64,000 bases of DNA, from contig JBKDFX010000097.1 in assembly GCA_046336825.1 (NCBI GenBank), positions 2,808-66,807 on the forward strand. The letters are read 5' to 3'. The translations under genes were made by a program, and so were the position numbers. Shown here piece after piece: positions 18,077 to 28,744 of this stretch (its first letter is position 1; each line of letters starts with the position of its first letter). The stretch comes from Bdellovibrionales bacterium (GTDB lineage Bacteria; Bdellovibrionota; Bdellovibrionia; Bdellovibrionales; Bdellovibrionaceae). The notes beneath the pieces are model-generated. The model worked only from the letters and a program-made list of their open reading frames with translations. It was not told the DNA's origin and ran no database searches.

Positions 18077-19385
18077 GATTTTCTGCCACTGATTTTTTTA
18101 AAGTTGAACGGACTGCAAAGAAGCTGGTAATCACGGCCAGTCCAGCCAAAAGAAAAGTACAAAGTACATAGCTAGAGAAATCAAAGGTGATCCTGAAATA
18201 AACAGGCTCTGATAACAGACCTGCTCGATAAAGAATTTTAGCGTGATTGACAAAAAAAGTGATGACACCGGCAAGACCAATTCCAATACCCACACCCAAT
18301 AGGCTTAGATAAAAAGCTTCAAAAGTGAAAATAGAGCCTACAGTTTGTCGGTTGTATCCTATGGAACGCAAGGTTCCGATTTCACGAGTTCTTTCTTTTA
18401 CACTCTTTACAACAGTGTTGAGAACAGAAAGGCCTGATATTGTCAGCGTGACTGTCACAATAAAAATTTGAAAAATGCCTAATAATTCACGCGTTTTATT
18501 GTAAAGATCCGCAACAGGATGATCTTTCAAATAAACTGCTTTTGATTTTAAGTTATTTGTTTTGGCGAACTCATTAAAGTCTTGAATAAATCGAGACGAA
18601 TCTTTTTCATTTTTTAGTAGTGTTGTTACAAATTTTATTTTGTCTGTGTTTGTGAGAAGCTGTGCACTCTCAATGGACATTTTCATCCATTTTTCATCGA
18701 TATCTTTGTAGCCACCGTCTATCAACCCCACAACACTCATATCCAGAGCATTAAGCTGACCGCTGGCCGTCATGGCAGTCACTTGCAAATCATAATTGTC
18801 ACATTTGAAAGGTCGCAAAGTGGCCTCATAGCCATCGTTTTGGACCATGTTGAGTATCTTAGGGTTGGGTTCACAGCCCAATAAAAAACCAAGGGCTTGC
18901 CCAAGCACAATGCCTTGGGGATTTTGAGCCACATGAAGTGGTTCTCCGTAGAGCGCTTCCCACTCCCAAAGGGGTTTGCGCATCTCTGCTCCGGCCGTAA
19001 GATCATATCCCATGGCAATAAAAATAAAGGAATTAATTCCATTGGTAACTGTCCCCGTCACGGGTAGGAATCTGACACTCACGTGAACATTTTCTTTTTT
19101 GCTAGATAAAAACTCTTTTATTTTTTTTTGTTCCGCCACATCTAAATAAATTTCTTCACCTAATGATTTTCCCAAAGTTGTATTAACTTCTGGATTTTCA
19201 ATAATAACGTGACCGTACATGGCCCGGTTGCTGAATCCTACGTCATACATTTGATTGACGTCAGCAATATAGCCTTGAAATAAAACAAGAGATAAAAATC
19301 CTGCTGAAATCGAAATTATGGCAGCCAAGCTGTGGCGCCAATTTTTCTTTGTATTTCGATAAGCAATTCTAGCAAGTGGAAACAT
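18063..19385 (-). CDS. ABC transporter permease, FtsX/MacB/LolC-E type
   Basis: 440 aa. It has an N-terminal TM, a large periplasmic domain and a C-terminal FtsX domain with the motif ERTREIGTLRSIGYNRQTVGSIFTFEA plus three TM segments. Confidence 0.85.
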   Translation of the reverse strand: MFPLARIAYRNTKKNWRHSLAAIISISAGFLSLVLFQGYIADVNQMYDVGFSNRAMYGHVIIENPEVNTTLGKSLGEEIYLDVAEQKKIKEFLSSKKENVHVSVRFLPVTGTVTNGINSFIFIAMGYDLTAGAEMRKPLWEWEALYGEPLHVAQNPQGIVLGQALGFLLGCEPNPKILNMVQNDGYEATLRPFKCDNYDLQVTAMTASGQLNALDMSVVGLIDGGYKDIDEKWMKMSIESAQLLTNTDKIKFVTTLLKNEKDSSRFIQDFNEFAKTNNLKSKAVYLKDHPVADLYNKTRELLGIFQIFIVTVTLTISGLSVLNTVVKSVKERTREIGTLRSIGYNRQTVGSIFTFEAFYLSLLGVGIGIGLAGVITFFVNHAKILYRAGLLSEPVYFRITFDFSSYVLCTFLLAGLAVITSFFAVRSTLKKSVAENLANV

Positions 19386-19387
19386 TT

Positions 19388-20119
19388 TTACCTTTTTAAA
19401 TTATTAACATTAAACAAAGATTCTTTGAGGCTGTCGATCTTGGGTTCAATATAACGAATGATAGATCTATTCTCTGTTATTTTAGCATCAGTGATTTCAA
19501 TCTCACTGATAAACGGCGATTCTGATCCATCATATCCTTTTACTTTGTTGTCATACTTCATTTTGGCCCGCTTAAAGACTTTTCCTTGTAGTGTTAGAAA
19601 CTCGGCTTGCACGGCCAGTTGGTCGCTTTCTCGTATCCAGTACCTAATCTGATCATAGGTCAGGTTATTAGCTTTCGCTTTAAGCATTAAAACTTTTGTC
19701 TTTTCCCCATTTAAAATTTCTTCTTTTTCAATTTTAGGATCATAATCCCGTGAGTAATGTGTAGAGGCAATGTCGCCATTGGCGGCCTGCCCACTTAGCT
19801 TTTGCCTAGGAGAAATTGTCACAGGCTTGCGTAGCGAGGGTTTAAAAAACCACATCGTTCGATCATTAAACAAATAGATTTCTCCTTTATTTCTGGCGGG
19901 CTCTAAAGCCTCAACGTAGGCATTTACATATTGTGCACGAACTTTAAATTTCTTTTTAACTTCACGGCCGGCTTCTGTGGTGGTCACTTCACTCATCCAT
20001 GAAAGACCCTTTTCAACACTTCCTCGTGCCCGGTCAGAGGCTTTCAAAAGTTCTTCTGCCGTGAGTGCATGACTTATGTTGAGGGCAAAACTGGCGATAG
20101 CCATGATTAGATATTTCAT
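19388..20119 (-). CDS. LolA-like outer-membrane lipoprotein-sorting protein family (periplasmic)
   Basis: 243 aa with a signal peptide (MKYLIMAIASFALNISHA). The pattern TAEELLKASD ... IYLFNDRTMWFFKPSLRKPVTISPRQKLSGQAANGDIASTHYSRDY is, from memory, typical of the LolA_like family found next to FtsX permeases. Confidence 0.7.
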   Translation of the reverse strand: MKYLIMAIASFALNISHALTAEELLKASDRARGSVEKGLSWMSEVTTTEAGREVKKKFKVRAQYVNAYVEALEPARNKGEIYLFNDRTMWFFKPSLRKPVTISPRQKLSGQAANGDIASTHYSRDYDPKIEKEEILNGEKTKVLMLKAKANNLTYDQIRYWIRESDQLAVQAEFLTLQGKVFKRAKMKYDNKVKGYDGSESPFISEIEITDAKITENRSIIRYIEPKIDSLKESLFNVNNLKR

Positions 20120-21418
20120 TTAGGCTCCTGCATCCGAAAGTAAATTGATTATCTTTGTTTTCATTTTATAGAACGTGACCAAATACGCCGTGATAGACAC
20201 TATTGCCAAAAATACAAAAAACACGATTAGGGCTAAGCTCAAATTGGGTGTGAGAATAAATTGAATGCTATTTACAACCCCCGGAGGGGTGAAGCGAATA
20301 TTAGCCGCATTGACGGCTGCTGAAACTACAAAGGCTAAAACTCCCCCCAAAAGAGAGCTGAAAAAACAAAGCCATATGGATTCCTGTGTCATCATCCAGG
20401 AAATTTGCTTTTGAGAAAAACCTAACGCCCTGAAAGTCCCGATTTCTCTTGTTCGCTCAATAATTCCCATTGTAAGCGAATTCATGATGGAAAGTGCCAC
20501 AGCACCGCATATTAAAAAAATAAAAAACCCAGACATCACATACAAAAAACCCATGGATCCCACATAGTTTGGAGAAATTGAGGGATGGTCAAATGGGAAG
20601 GCTTCTAAAGGAAGATTCTTATTTTTAATTTCATCTCTAACAAATTGTAACATTTCATTTCTATTCACGTCCGGCTTCAGATAGATCATGGCGTAATGAA
20701 TACCCTCAAGAGCGTAGAGATCTTGCAACAAATTAACAGAGGAAAGAAGCCCCGAGTCTTCTAGCATTTCTGAGCCTGTGGTGTGATTGACTGCGAGTCT
20801 CCCATCCACCGCATTCATGTCGGAGTATTGGGTCATTCCCATGAGCTGGACATACTGGTCTTCCAATTGAAGATTTGCAAAAGGCATTGGCTTTTTTAAA
20901 TACTCAGCCAATCTTGGTGTAATTGAAATGGACTGAAGATCTTTTTCAACGGCATCTACAAATTTGAGCGTTCCCGGCACCAAGAAATCCAGAGCCCATT
21001 TTTTCACCATTTCATTCTTGAAGCTTTTTTGTAAAGTCAGGAGATCTATTCCCGTGGCCAAAAAAGGCATGGATCGATCACCATTTGAAATAAGACCAGC
21101 CCCCGTCAACGTTTGTCCCACCCAATCAATGTTGTCCGCTTTTTGTTCTAAAACTTGTTTTAAGCCCTCGAGCTCTTGGGGAAGTATTTGATACTTGGCT
21201 GGATTGGTTCCAAACCTTTCAAGTCCTTGGTTTTTGAATACTGTAATATGTCCTTTGTTAAAAAGATAAATGGAGTTGGTTCTCAAGCTGATTTCAACTC
21301 GATAAATATAGCCACCCAAAAGCAGAAGCCCTACAAATCCAGCAATCACGGCCGCCGCAGTGGCAACTGTTCGTTTACTGTTTCGAAATAAGTTCCGAAA
21401 TGCCATTCTCCAAGTCAT
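20120..21418 (-). CDS. ABC transporter permease, FtsX/MacB/LolC-E type (second, divergent copy)
   Basis: 432 aa with the same architecture as 18063-19385. FtsX motif: ERTREIGTFRALGFSQKQISWMMTQES. Confidence 0.85.
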   Translation of the reverse strand: MTWRMAFRNLFRNSKRTVATAAAVIAGFVGLLLLGGYIYRVEISLRTNSIYLFNKGHITVFKNQGLERFGTNPAKYQILPQELEGLKQVLEQKADNIDWVGQTLTGAGLISNGDRSMPFLATGIDLLTLQKSFKNEMVKKWALDFLVPGTLKFVDAVEKDLQSISITPRLAEYLKKPMPFANLQLEDQYVQLMGMTQYSDMNAVDGRLAVNHTTGSEMLEDSGLLSSVNLLQDLYALEGIHYAMIYLKPDVNRNEMLQFVRDEIKNKNLPLEAFPFDHPSISPNYVGSMGFLYVMSGFFIFLICGAVALSIMNSLTMGIIERTREIGTFRALGFSQKQISWMMTQESIWLCFFSSLLGGVLAFVVSAAVNAANIRFTPPGVVNSIQFILTPNLSLALIVFFVFLAIVSITAYLVTFYKMKTKIINLLSDAGA

Positions 21419-22089
21419 TCGACGATAATCCCATCCTGTATTCTGACAACTCGAGAGGATCTGCGAATGAGTTTTTCATCGTGTGAGCAAAAAAGAAAGG
21501 TCACTGATTTTTGCCGATTGAGCTGTTCCATCAAATCTAAAATCATATGGGCTGTAACTGAATCTAAATTGGCCGTAGGCTCATCAGCTAACACGAGAGC
21601 GGGCTGGGTGACTAAAGCGCGGGCAATGGCAACGCGCTGTCTTTGGCCGCCAGAGAGCTGATCTGGTTTATGATGGGAAAAGTCCTCAAGGCCAACCGCT
21701 TTGATAACATCTTGAACTCGTTTTTCTTTTTCTTCACGGGTCAGTTTATCTTTTACCAAAAGTGGTAATTCAATGTTTTCAACAACGTCCAACACGGGAA
21801 CCAGATTAAAAGATTGAAAAATATAACCTATTTTTTCATTGCGCAGGTCACATTGCTGACTTTCAGACATTTTAGTCACTTCTTTTGATTCAAAAAGCAA
21901 AGAGCCCGATGTGGGATTATCAAGACAGCCAATTAAGTTAAGCAATGTGCTTTTACCCGATCCCGAAGCACCAATCACACTCGTAAATTCACCAGCTCTG
22001 ATGCTTAGATTGATGCCCTTCAATGCGTGGACTTTTGTCTCACCAAGCAAGTAAGTTTTTTTGATATCAGTCAGTTGAACTAAGTCCAT
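21415..22089 (-). CDS. ABC transporter ATP-binding protein (LolD/MacB-ATPase-like)
   Basis: Walker A GASGSGKSTLLN, Q-loop, signature LSGGQRQRVAIARAL and Walker B LVLADEPT. The ATG at 22087-22089 with SD GGGAG is preferred over the ORF-track start at 22125. Confidence 0.9.
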   Translation of the reverse strand: MDLVQLTDIKKTYLLGETKVHALKGINLSIRAGEFTSVIGASGSGKSTLLNLIGCLDNPTSGSLLFESKEVTKMSESQQCDLRNEKIGYIFQSFNLVPVLDVVENIELPLLVKDKLTREEKEKRVQDVIKAVGLEDFSHHKPDQLSGGQRQRVAIARALVTQPALVLADEPTANLDSVTAHMILDLMEQLNRQKSVTFLFCSHDEKLIRRSSRVVRIQDGIIVE

Positions 22090-22108
22090 GGAACTCCCAG
22101 ATTGAAGA

Positions 22109-23086
22109 CTAAAATCTCCAGCCAATAAATACTGATGTGTCTATAGCACTCAATACAATCTCTGTCGATTGAAGCCTTATTTGGGTGCTGTCATATTGTA
22201 TGTTAAGTCCCGAAATAAACTTTTCAGTGGTGTACCCGGCCGCCAGTTTAACCTGGGATTTAAATACAACTTTATCTTCATTCTCTTTATCATTCGCATA
22301 GTTAGCTAAAGAGCTTTGTTGTCCGATACCAAAACCAATCAGCCCTGATAAAACCCATTTTTCACGTAATACTAAGCTGTAAGCACCGCCACCACCAATG
22401 GAAGCCGTAAGAACAGAGGACTCCTGCCAATTGGCAAGCTCACCATAGTTATCAAATGCTGTTGTTGGCACTATGGATTGCGATGACCGTGCTTCGTGAT
22501 ACTGAAGCGAAACTGAGTAAAACCCACTACCTCCCGATTTCTGAGCTCGATCAATAAAAAGAAGTGACTGATGAGGATGAAAGTTTTCTCGATTTTTATA
22601 TTTAAATATTTGAACACCTATATGTTTAGCTTCAAGTGATGAATTACTCGGGTACTCTCCATTGGAACCAAAGGGCGAGGGCATCACTTCGTTGGCATTT
22701 TCTAAATAATAGCCTTTGTATTGTTGATAATAGGTTTCAATGTAGAGAGGTTCCCAATCAAAACGAAATTGGAAGTCTAGAGCCGAACCTTCGCCAAATT
22801 TTTTTCTAAATTCACTTGTTCTTGGGTTGTATCCTGATAGTGAAATTCCGTATTTGTCATAATCAAAGGATACAAATGTTTTGGCCTGAGTCGAGGGCCT
22901 GTAATTGATGGGCGTTGAACTTGAGTCAATGGTTTTTGCTTCTATGTTGAGGGCGGGAACAGCTCCACCAAATTTTATAATAATTGGCGCCCTTTCTTTT
23001 TCCTCAGTGGCCAGCAAATCCGAGGCCTGTGAAAATACAAGATAATTACATCCCAGCATGATGGTTAAAAAAGTGGTTACTCGCAT
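22109..23086 (-). CDS. candidate outer-membrane beta-barrel protein (first gene of the ABC/FtsX operon)
   Basis: 325 aa. It has a signal peptide (TFLTIMLGCNYLVFSQA), is rich in Tyr/Gly/Ser strand-like repeats, and has a C-terminal ...SVFIGWRF ending in Phe. Confidence 0.55.
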   Translation of the reverse strand: MRVTTFLTIMLGCNYLVFSQASDLLATEEKERAPIIIKFGGAVPALNIEAKTIDSSSTPINYRPSTQAKTFVSFDYDKYGISLSGYNPRTSEFRKKFGEGSALDFQFRFDWEPLYIETYYQQYKGYYLENANEVMPSPFGSNGEYPSNSSLEAKHIGVQIFKYKNRENFHPHQSLLFIDRAQKSGGSGFYSVSLQYHEARSSQSIVPTTAFDNYGELANWQESSVLTASIGGGGAYSLVLREKWVLSGLIGFGIGQQSSLANYANDKENEDKVVFKSQVKLAAGYTTEKFISGLNIQYDSTQIRLQSTEIVLSAIDTSVFIGWRF

Positions 23087-23263
23087 TCCTCATTTTGTGA
23101 AAATTATTATTAAAAATCATCTTATTTAACGGCCTCGATGAGCACTACGAAGGTCTAGATTCATTCAAGTCAATTGGGCTTCTCGCCGATCAATAACCCA
23201 GCTCGTAAGAAAGCGAGTCAGTCAATAAGAGGAGTTCGAAGTTCCTCGAGAGGCGGATGAAAC

Positions 23264-24496
23264 ATGGATGTTAGATTTACATTTTTATTTTCAGCCTTTG
23301 CTTTGCTTCAAGTCGGCTGTTCTGATCCCAGTGTAAGGGCTCAACAAGTCACTTCCAGTTTTGATTCAGTCAAATGCCAAACTTCTGCTGCTATCAATAA
23401 TCAATTTATAGTTCAATGGTCAGATGGCCGATTCACTATTGAAGCCGGAAAAGATCCTGAATCTTTTCGCAAAGAGTTTGTTGAACCTCGAGCATTTGAA
23501 ATTTCTCACGTCCAAATTAATCAAAAAGTGAATCAAATTACATCCGAATTAAAATCAACTGGCTTACAAGAATCGGCTGTCAGCTCCTATGGGCTGGAAC
23601 AAACAGAAGCTGAAGCCGTGTGGTCTCAGGGGTTTCGCGGCCAGGGCGTTTCAGTGGCTGTTGTCGATTCAGAAGTTGATGTTTCTCACAACCAGCTGTC
23701 CAGCCGAATTGCTATCAATAATAACGAAATTCCCGGAAATCAAATCGATGACGACAACAATGGTGTCGTAGATGATGTTCTCGGGGCTACTTTTTTCTCC
23801 AATTCATCAGGTGGGTCCAATGATCATGGATCGCATGTGGCTGGTATTATTGCGGCGGATCCCTCGAGGGGGCCCCTTTCTGGCGTGGCTCCTGAGGCTA
23901 GAATAATTCCTTCCGCCTTTTTAGACGGAAACGGCAGTGGAAGTCTCGGCGATGCAATTTTGGCTATGCAATATGCGGCCTCTCGGGGAGCAAAAGTGAT
24001 AAATGCCAGCTGGGGCGGTAACGGCTGTGCTGACTCTTTGGCCAGTGCTTTCTCGCAGCTAAATCGACAGGGAATTTTGCTTGTTGTGGCTTCTGGAAAC
24101 AGTGGTTTTGATATTGATGTCACTGACTTTTTTCCTGCTTCTTTTAATTTGTCCAATCAAATCACTGTTGGCGCCACAGATGCGATAAACTTAATGCCCA
24201 CTTGGTCCAATAACGGTTTCCAGAAAGTCCATTTAACGGCCCCTGGTGTTGGAATTTTAAGCACAGGTCGGAATAACACTTATCTAACAATGGATGGCAC
24301 TAGCATGGCCACTCCATATGTAGCGGGAGCTGCTGCCGTACTTTGGAGTGCGCGTCCACAAGCGACGGCTTCACAAATAAAACAGGCCCTTTTCTCTGGG
24401 GTTGATGTGATCACAGGTCGAAACTCCAAGACCCTGACTCGCGGGCGACTGAATTTGAGAAAATCCCTTGATGAGTTGCGGCGAATAGTCCCTTAA
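23264..24496 (+). CDS. secreted subtilisin-like serine protease (peptidase S8)
   Basis: 410 aa with a signal/lipobox-like N-terminus (FALLQVGCS). The catalytic triad contexts are VAVVDSEVD (Asp), NDHGSHVAGIIA (His) and DGTSMATPYVAGAAA (Ser). Confidence 0.9.
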   Translation: MDVRFTFLFSAFALLQVGCSDPSVRAQQVTSSFDSVKCQTSAAINNQFIVQWSDGRFTIEAGKDPESFRKEFVEPRAFEISHVQINQKVNQITSELKSTGLQESAVSSYGLEQTEAEAVWSQGFRGQGVSVAVVDSEVDVSHNQLSSRIAINNNEIPGNQIDDDNNGVVDDVLGATFFSNSSGGSNDHGSHVAGIIAADPSRGPLSGVAPEARIIPSAFLDGNGSGSLGDAILAMQYAASRGAKVINASWGGNGCADSLASAFSQLNRQGILLVVASGNSGFDIDVTDFFPASFNLSNQITVGATDAINLMPTWSNNGFQKVHLTAPGVGILSTGRNNTYLTMDGTSMATPYVAGAAAVLWSARPQATASQIKQALFSGVDVITGRNSKTLTRGRLNLRKSLDELRRIVP

Positions 24497-24541
24497 TTCC
24501 CTTCGATTGCGCGCCACATTATGTGCTAGAACTTCAAACTT

Positions 24542-25831
24542 ATGCGCACATACATTTCAGATCTCAAAAAACATGTCGGTGAAAAAGTAGAACTGCGAGG
24601 CTGGGTTTACCAAACTCGCTCCTCAGGCAAGGTTAAGTTCCTTGAACTCAGAGATGGCACAGGTGTCGTTTCCTGCGTTTTCTTTAAAGGCGAGTGTCAA
24701 CCTGAGGCTTTTGATAATTTTGAACAGCTGACTCAAGAATCTTCGCTGAAGCTTATTGGTGTCGTCAGAAAACATCCTAAACATGAAAATGTTTTTGAGA
24801 TGGGAGCCGAGTCTTTTGAAATCATCGGCAAAAGTGAAAATTACCCCATTTCACCCAAAGAACATGGGACTGATTTCTTGATGGAAAACCGTCACCTTTG
24901 GATACGGTCCAAGCGCCAACATGCCATCATGCGGGTTCGCCATGAAATCATCATGGCCATTCGAGATTTTTTTGATGGTCGTGGCTTTACCCTGACAGAT
25001 GCTCCCATTTTCACTCCCAGTGCCTGCGAAGGAACTTCCAATCTTTTTGAAACTAAATACTTTGATGAAAAGATGTATCTTTCTCAATCGGGGCAACTTT
25101 ATATGGAAGCCACCAGCAAAGCTTTTGGAAAAACCTATTGCTTTGGCCCCACTTTCAGAGCTGAAAAATCTAAAACACGTCGGCACTTAATCGAGTTTTG
25201 GATGGTAGAACCTGAAGTGGCCTTTAACGACATGTACGAAAATATGGAACTCGCGGAACAATTTGTTGAATACATCGTTCAGCGTGTTCTCAAAAACCGC
25301 CCTGATGAAATGAAAGCCCTAGAGAGAGATCTTACCAAGCTGCAAAACATCGTGGCTCCCTTTCCTAAAATTCATTACCGCGAGGCCGCCGAAATTATAT
25401 TAAAAGAAAATCCGAATTTTATCCTTGGAGATGATTTTGGTGCGCCTGACGAGACGATCATTTCATCAAAGTTCGATAAGCCTGTTTTTGTTCACCACTA
25501 CCCACAAGCTGTTAAAGCCTTCTACATGAAAGAGGACCCTAAAGATCCAGGCTATGCCATGGGCTCTGACTTATTAGCCTCGGAAGGCTACGGAGAAATT
25601 ATTGGTGGTGGTCAGCGTGAAGAAAGTGTTGAAAAATTAATTGCAAAGATAAAAGAGCATGAGCTCGCGATGAAAGATTTTGAGTGGTACTTAGATCTTC
25701 GACGTTATGGCGGAACTCCAAGTTCTGGTTTTGGTCTTGGCTTAGAAAGAACTGTGACTTGGATTTGTGGATTGCCTCACGTAAGAGAAACAGCCCCCTT
25801 CCCGCGCCTCTATGGTCGAGCCTACCCCTAG
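24542..25831 (+). CDS. asnS: asparagine--tRNA ligase (class IIb)
   Basis: 429 aa. OB-fold N-terminus ([26 protein letters not shown]), class II motifs (FGPTFRAE; GGGQRE) and C-terminal [27 protein letters not shown]. Confidence 0.85.
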   Translation: MRTYISDLKKHVGEKVELRGWVYQTRSSGKVKFLELRDGTGVVSCVFFKGECQPEAFDNFEQLTQESSLKLIGVVRKHPKHENVFEMGAESFEIIGKSENYPISPKEHGTDFLMENRHLWIRSKRQHAIMRVRHEIIMAIRDFFDGRGFTLTDAPIFTPSACEGTSNLFETKYFDEKMYLSQSGQLYMEATSKAFGKTYCFGPTFRAEKSKTRRHLIEFWMVEPEVAFNDMYENMELAEQFVEYIVQRVLKNRPDEMKALERDLTKLQNIVAPFPKIHYREAAEIILKENPNFILGDDFGAPDETIISSKFDKPVFVHHYPQAVKAFYMKEDPKDPGYAMGSDLLASEGYGEIIGGGQREESVEKLIAKIKEHELAMKDFEWYLDLRRYGGTPSSGFGLGLERTVTWICGLPHVRETAPFPRLYGRAYP

Positions 25832-25841
25832 GAGTTAAATT

Positions 25842-27401
25842 ATGATGACTGAAAAAATGCAAAATCTTTTGCAAGACTTAGAGAAGCGCAACCAGGCCGC
25901 CATGCAGGGCGGTGGCAGCGACCGAATTGCAAAACACAAAAAAGGCAATCGACTTTCAGCTCGAGAGCGACTTGATGTTTTGCTAGACCCTGGAAGTTTT
26001 GTCGAAATGGATCGGTTTGTTACTCACCGATGCACCCATTACGAGATGGACAAAAATAAAGTTCCTGGAGATGGGGTCATAACTGGTTATGGACGTGTCA
26101 ACGGTAAGATTGTTTACGTTTCCAGTCAGGACTTTACTGTGATTGGTGGCTCCATGAGCCGAACTCAAGCCAACAAGATTTGCAAGGTCATGGATTTAGC
26201 CATTAAGAATGGGGCTCCTTTTATTTCAATCAATGACTCGGGTGGTGCGCGCATTCAGGAGGGGATTGAGTCTCTTGGTGGATACGCAGATATTTTCACT
26301 CGCAATACTATTGCTTCAGGAGTTATTCCACAAATCACTGCGATCATGGGCCCCTGTGCGGGCGGAGCTGTTTATTCTCCCTCTATCACTGACTTTGTGT
26401 TTATGGTGAAAAATTCCAGCTACATGTTTGTGACAGGTCCTGATGTTATCAAAGCGGTCACTCACGAAGATGTGACCAAGGAAGACCTGGGCGGCGCCGT
26501 GACTCACTCCCAAAAATCTGGAGTGGCTCACTTTGCCACTGAGGATGACAAACACTGCTTACTCATGATTCGAGAAATGTTAAGCTTTTTACCTGCAAAT
26601 AATTTGGATGATGCGCCCATTTTGCCCACCAATGATCGTCCCGATAGAATTGTTGAAGCGCTGAACACTATAATTCCTGATAATCCCAAAAAACCCTACG
26701 ACATGCTTCAAGTGATCACCGAGTGTGTGGATGAGGGTTATTTTCTTGAGGTGCACAAGCACTACGCTCAAAATATTATTGTGGGTTTTGCGCGATTCAA
26801 TGGCCGACCTGTTGGAGTTGTGGCCAATCAGCCGCAAGTTCTTGCCGGCTGCCTTAACATTGAAGCCTCGCGAAAAGCAGCCCGCTTCATTCGATTCTGT
26901 GACTCGTTCAATATTCCTGTTGTGAGTTTTGTCGATGTTCCTGGCTTTTTGCCCGGTAAAGATCAGGAGTGGAATGGAATTATCACTCATGGTGCAAAAC
27001 TATTATATGCGTATGCCGAAGCCACTGTTCCCAAAGTTACGGTCATCACAAGAAAAGCGTACGGTGGAGCTTACATCGTGATGGGTTCTAAACTTTTGAG
27101 ATCTGATGTTAATTTGGCTTTTCCATCAGCAGAAATTGCCGTGATGGGCGCTGACGGCGCAGTTAATGTGATTTTCAGAGAAGAAATTGCCAAAGCCAAA
27201 GATCCCACGCAAAAAAGGGCTGAACTTGTGGCTGATTATGAACAAAAGTTCAGTAATCCCTATGTCTCGGCTGAATTGGGTTATACCGATGAAGTTATTG
27301 ACCCAGCCCTCACTCGCAAAAGAATTATCGACTCCCTCGAGATGCTCAAACACAAGCGCGATATTATTCCTCCGAAAAAACACGGGAACATACCCCTGTA
27401 A
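25842..27401 (+). CDS. pccB: acyl-CoA carboxylase carboxyltransferase subunit (propionyl-CoA carboxylase beta / methylmalonyl-CoA carboxyltransferase family)
   Basis: 519 aa: [48 protein letters not shown] and [10 protein letters not shown]. Confidence 0.88.
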   Translation: MMTEKMQNLLQDLEKRNQAAMQGGGSDRIAKHKKGNRLSARERLDVLLDPGSFVEMDRFVTHRCTHYEMDKNKVPGDGVITGYGRVNGKIVYVSSQDFTVIGGSMSRTQANKICKVMDLAIKNGAPFISINDSGGARIQEGIESLGGYADIFTRNTIASGVIPQITAIMGPCAGGAVYSPSITDFVFMVKNSSYMFVTGPDVIKAVTHEDVTKEDLGGAVTHSQKSGVAHFATEDDKHCLLMIREMLSFLPANNLDDAPILPTNDRPDRIVEALNTIIPDNPKKPYDMLQVITECVDEGYFLEVHKHYAQNIIVGFARFNGRPVGVVANQPQVLAGCLNIEASRKAARFIRFCDSFNIPVVSFVDVPGFLPGKDQEWNGIITHGAKLLYAYAEATVPKVTVITRKAYGGAYIVMGSKLLRSDVNLAFPSAEIAVMGADGAVNVIFREEIAKAKDPTQKRAELVADYEQKFSNPYVSAELGYTDEVIDPALTRKRIIDSLEMLKHKRDIIPPKKHGNIPL

Positions 27402-27409
27402 GGTGAATT

Positions 27410-28744
27410 ATGAATATTCCATTTAAAAAAATTCTGATCGCAAACCGTGGAGAAATTGCCATTCGAATTACTCGTGCTTGCCGTGAGCTTAATATAGGAT
27501 CTGTTGCCATTTTCAGTGATGCCGATCGAGATAGTTTACATGTGTTCTTGGCGGACCAGGCCTACAATGTAGGTCCTGCTCCCAGCAAAGAATCCTATCT
27601 CAACATGAATAAGATTCTTGAAGTTGCTAAGGAAGCCGGCGTTGATGCCATTCATCCAGGTTATGGCTTTTTATCTGAAAATACTCACTTTGCACGTGCC
27701 TGCACAAAGGCAGGAATCAAATTCATTGGTCCCACTCCAGAAAATATTGAGGCAATGGGCGATAAGCTTTCAGCAAAAGCTCTTATGAAAAAAGCAAAAG
27801 TACCGATTGTTCCTGGAAGCGACGGTGGTGTTGAGAATGTCGAAGATGCTATTAAAATAGCTAAAGAAATTGGCTACCCAATTATTATCAAAGCTTCTGC
27901 TGGTGGCGGCGGTAAAGGCATGCGTGTTGTCAAAAAGGAAGATGAACTCGAAAGCGCTTTTCGTGCTTGCCGATCTGAGGGACAGAATTATTTTGCTGAT
28001 CCCACTGTGTATATCGAAAAGTTCATTAATGATCCTAAACATATTGAAATTCAGGTTTTTGGCGATACCCATGGAAATGTGGTTCACTTATTTGAACGTG
28101 AGTGTTCAGTTCAACGTCGCCATCAAAAAATTATTGAAGAAGCTCCAAGTCCCTCTGTTCCGCCGGAAGTTCGACAAAAAATGGGAGACGCCGCCGTTCG
28201 TGCAGCAAAAGAAATTTCCTATGTAGGCGCAGGAACCATCGAGTTTATTTTCGACAATAAAACAAAAGAATTTTATTTCATGGAAATGAACACTCGTTTG
28301 CAGGTTGAACATCCTATCACTGAGCAAACAACTGGTTATGATTTGGTCCGAGAACAAATCTCTGTAGCTGCAGGAAATCCACTTTCATTTAAACAGGCTG
28401 ACATCAAACAAAAAGGTCATGCCATTGAATGTCGAATCTGCGCGGAAGACCCCATCACCTACAAACCTCATCCTGGAGTTATCGGAGCCTGTCGACACCC
28501 ACAGGGTCCCTTTTTACGTGTGGATTCCTATGCCTACCCTGGCTACGAGGTTCCTATCTATTATGACCCGATGATTGCCAAGGTCATCACTTGGGGTGAA
28601 ACCCGAGAAGAAGCCATTGGTCGAATGCAAAGAGCTTTGACTGAATTTGTTCTCACTGGAATTAAAACAAACATTGTTTTACATAAAACAATTTTGAATC
28701 ACGAAAAGTTTTTGGATGGGTCCTACACAACACAATTCATCTAA
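27410..28744 (+). CDS. accC: biotin carboxylase subunit (ATP-grasp). It ends at a TAA that is followed by a 56-codon in-frame extension; see findings
   Basis: 444 aa: KILIANRGEIAIRI, HPGYGFLSEN, the ATP-grasp glycine loop ASAGGGGKGMRVV, EMNTRLQVEHPITE and YDPMIAKVI. Confidence 0.92.
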   Translation: MNIPFKKILIANRGEIAIRITRACRELNIGSVAIFSDADRDSLHVFLADQAYNVGPAPSKESYLNMNKILEVAKEAGVDAIHPGYGFLSENTHFARACTKAGIKFIGPTPENIEAMGDKLSAKALMKKAKVPIVPGSDGGVENVEDAIKIAKEIGYPIIIKASAGGGGKGMRVVKKEDELESAFRACRSEGQNYFADPTVYIEKFINDPKHIEIQVFGDTHGNVVHLFERECSVQRRHQKIIEEAPSPSVPPEVRQKMGDAAVRAAKEISYVGAGTIEFIFDNKTKEFYFMEMNTRLQVEHPITEQTTGYDLVREQISVAAGNPLSFKQADIKQKGHAIECRICAEDPITYKPHPGVIGACRHPQGPFLRVDSYAYPGYEVPIYYDPMIAKVITWGETREEAIGRMQRALTEFVLTGIKTNIVLHKTILNHEKFLDGSYTTQFI

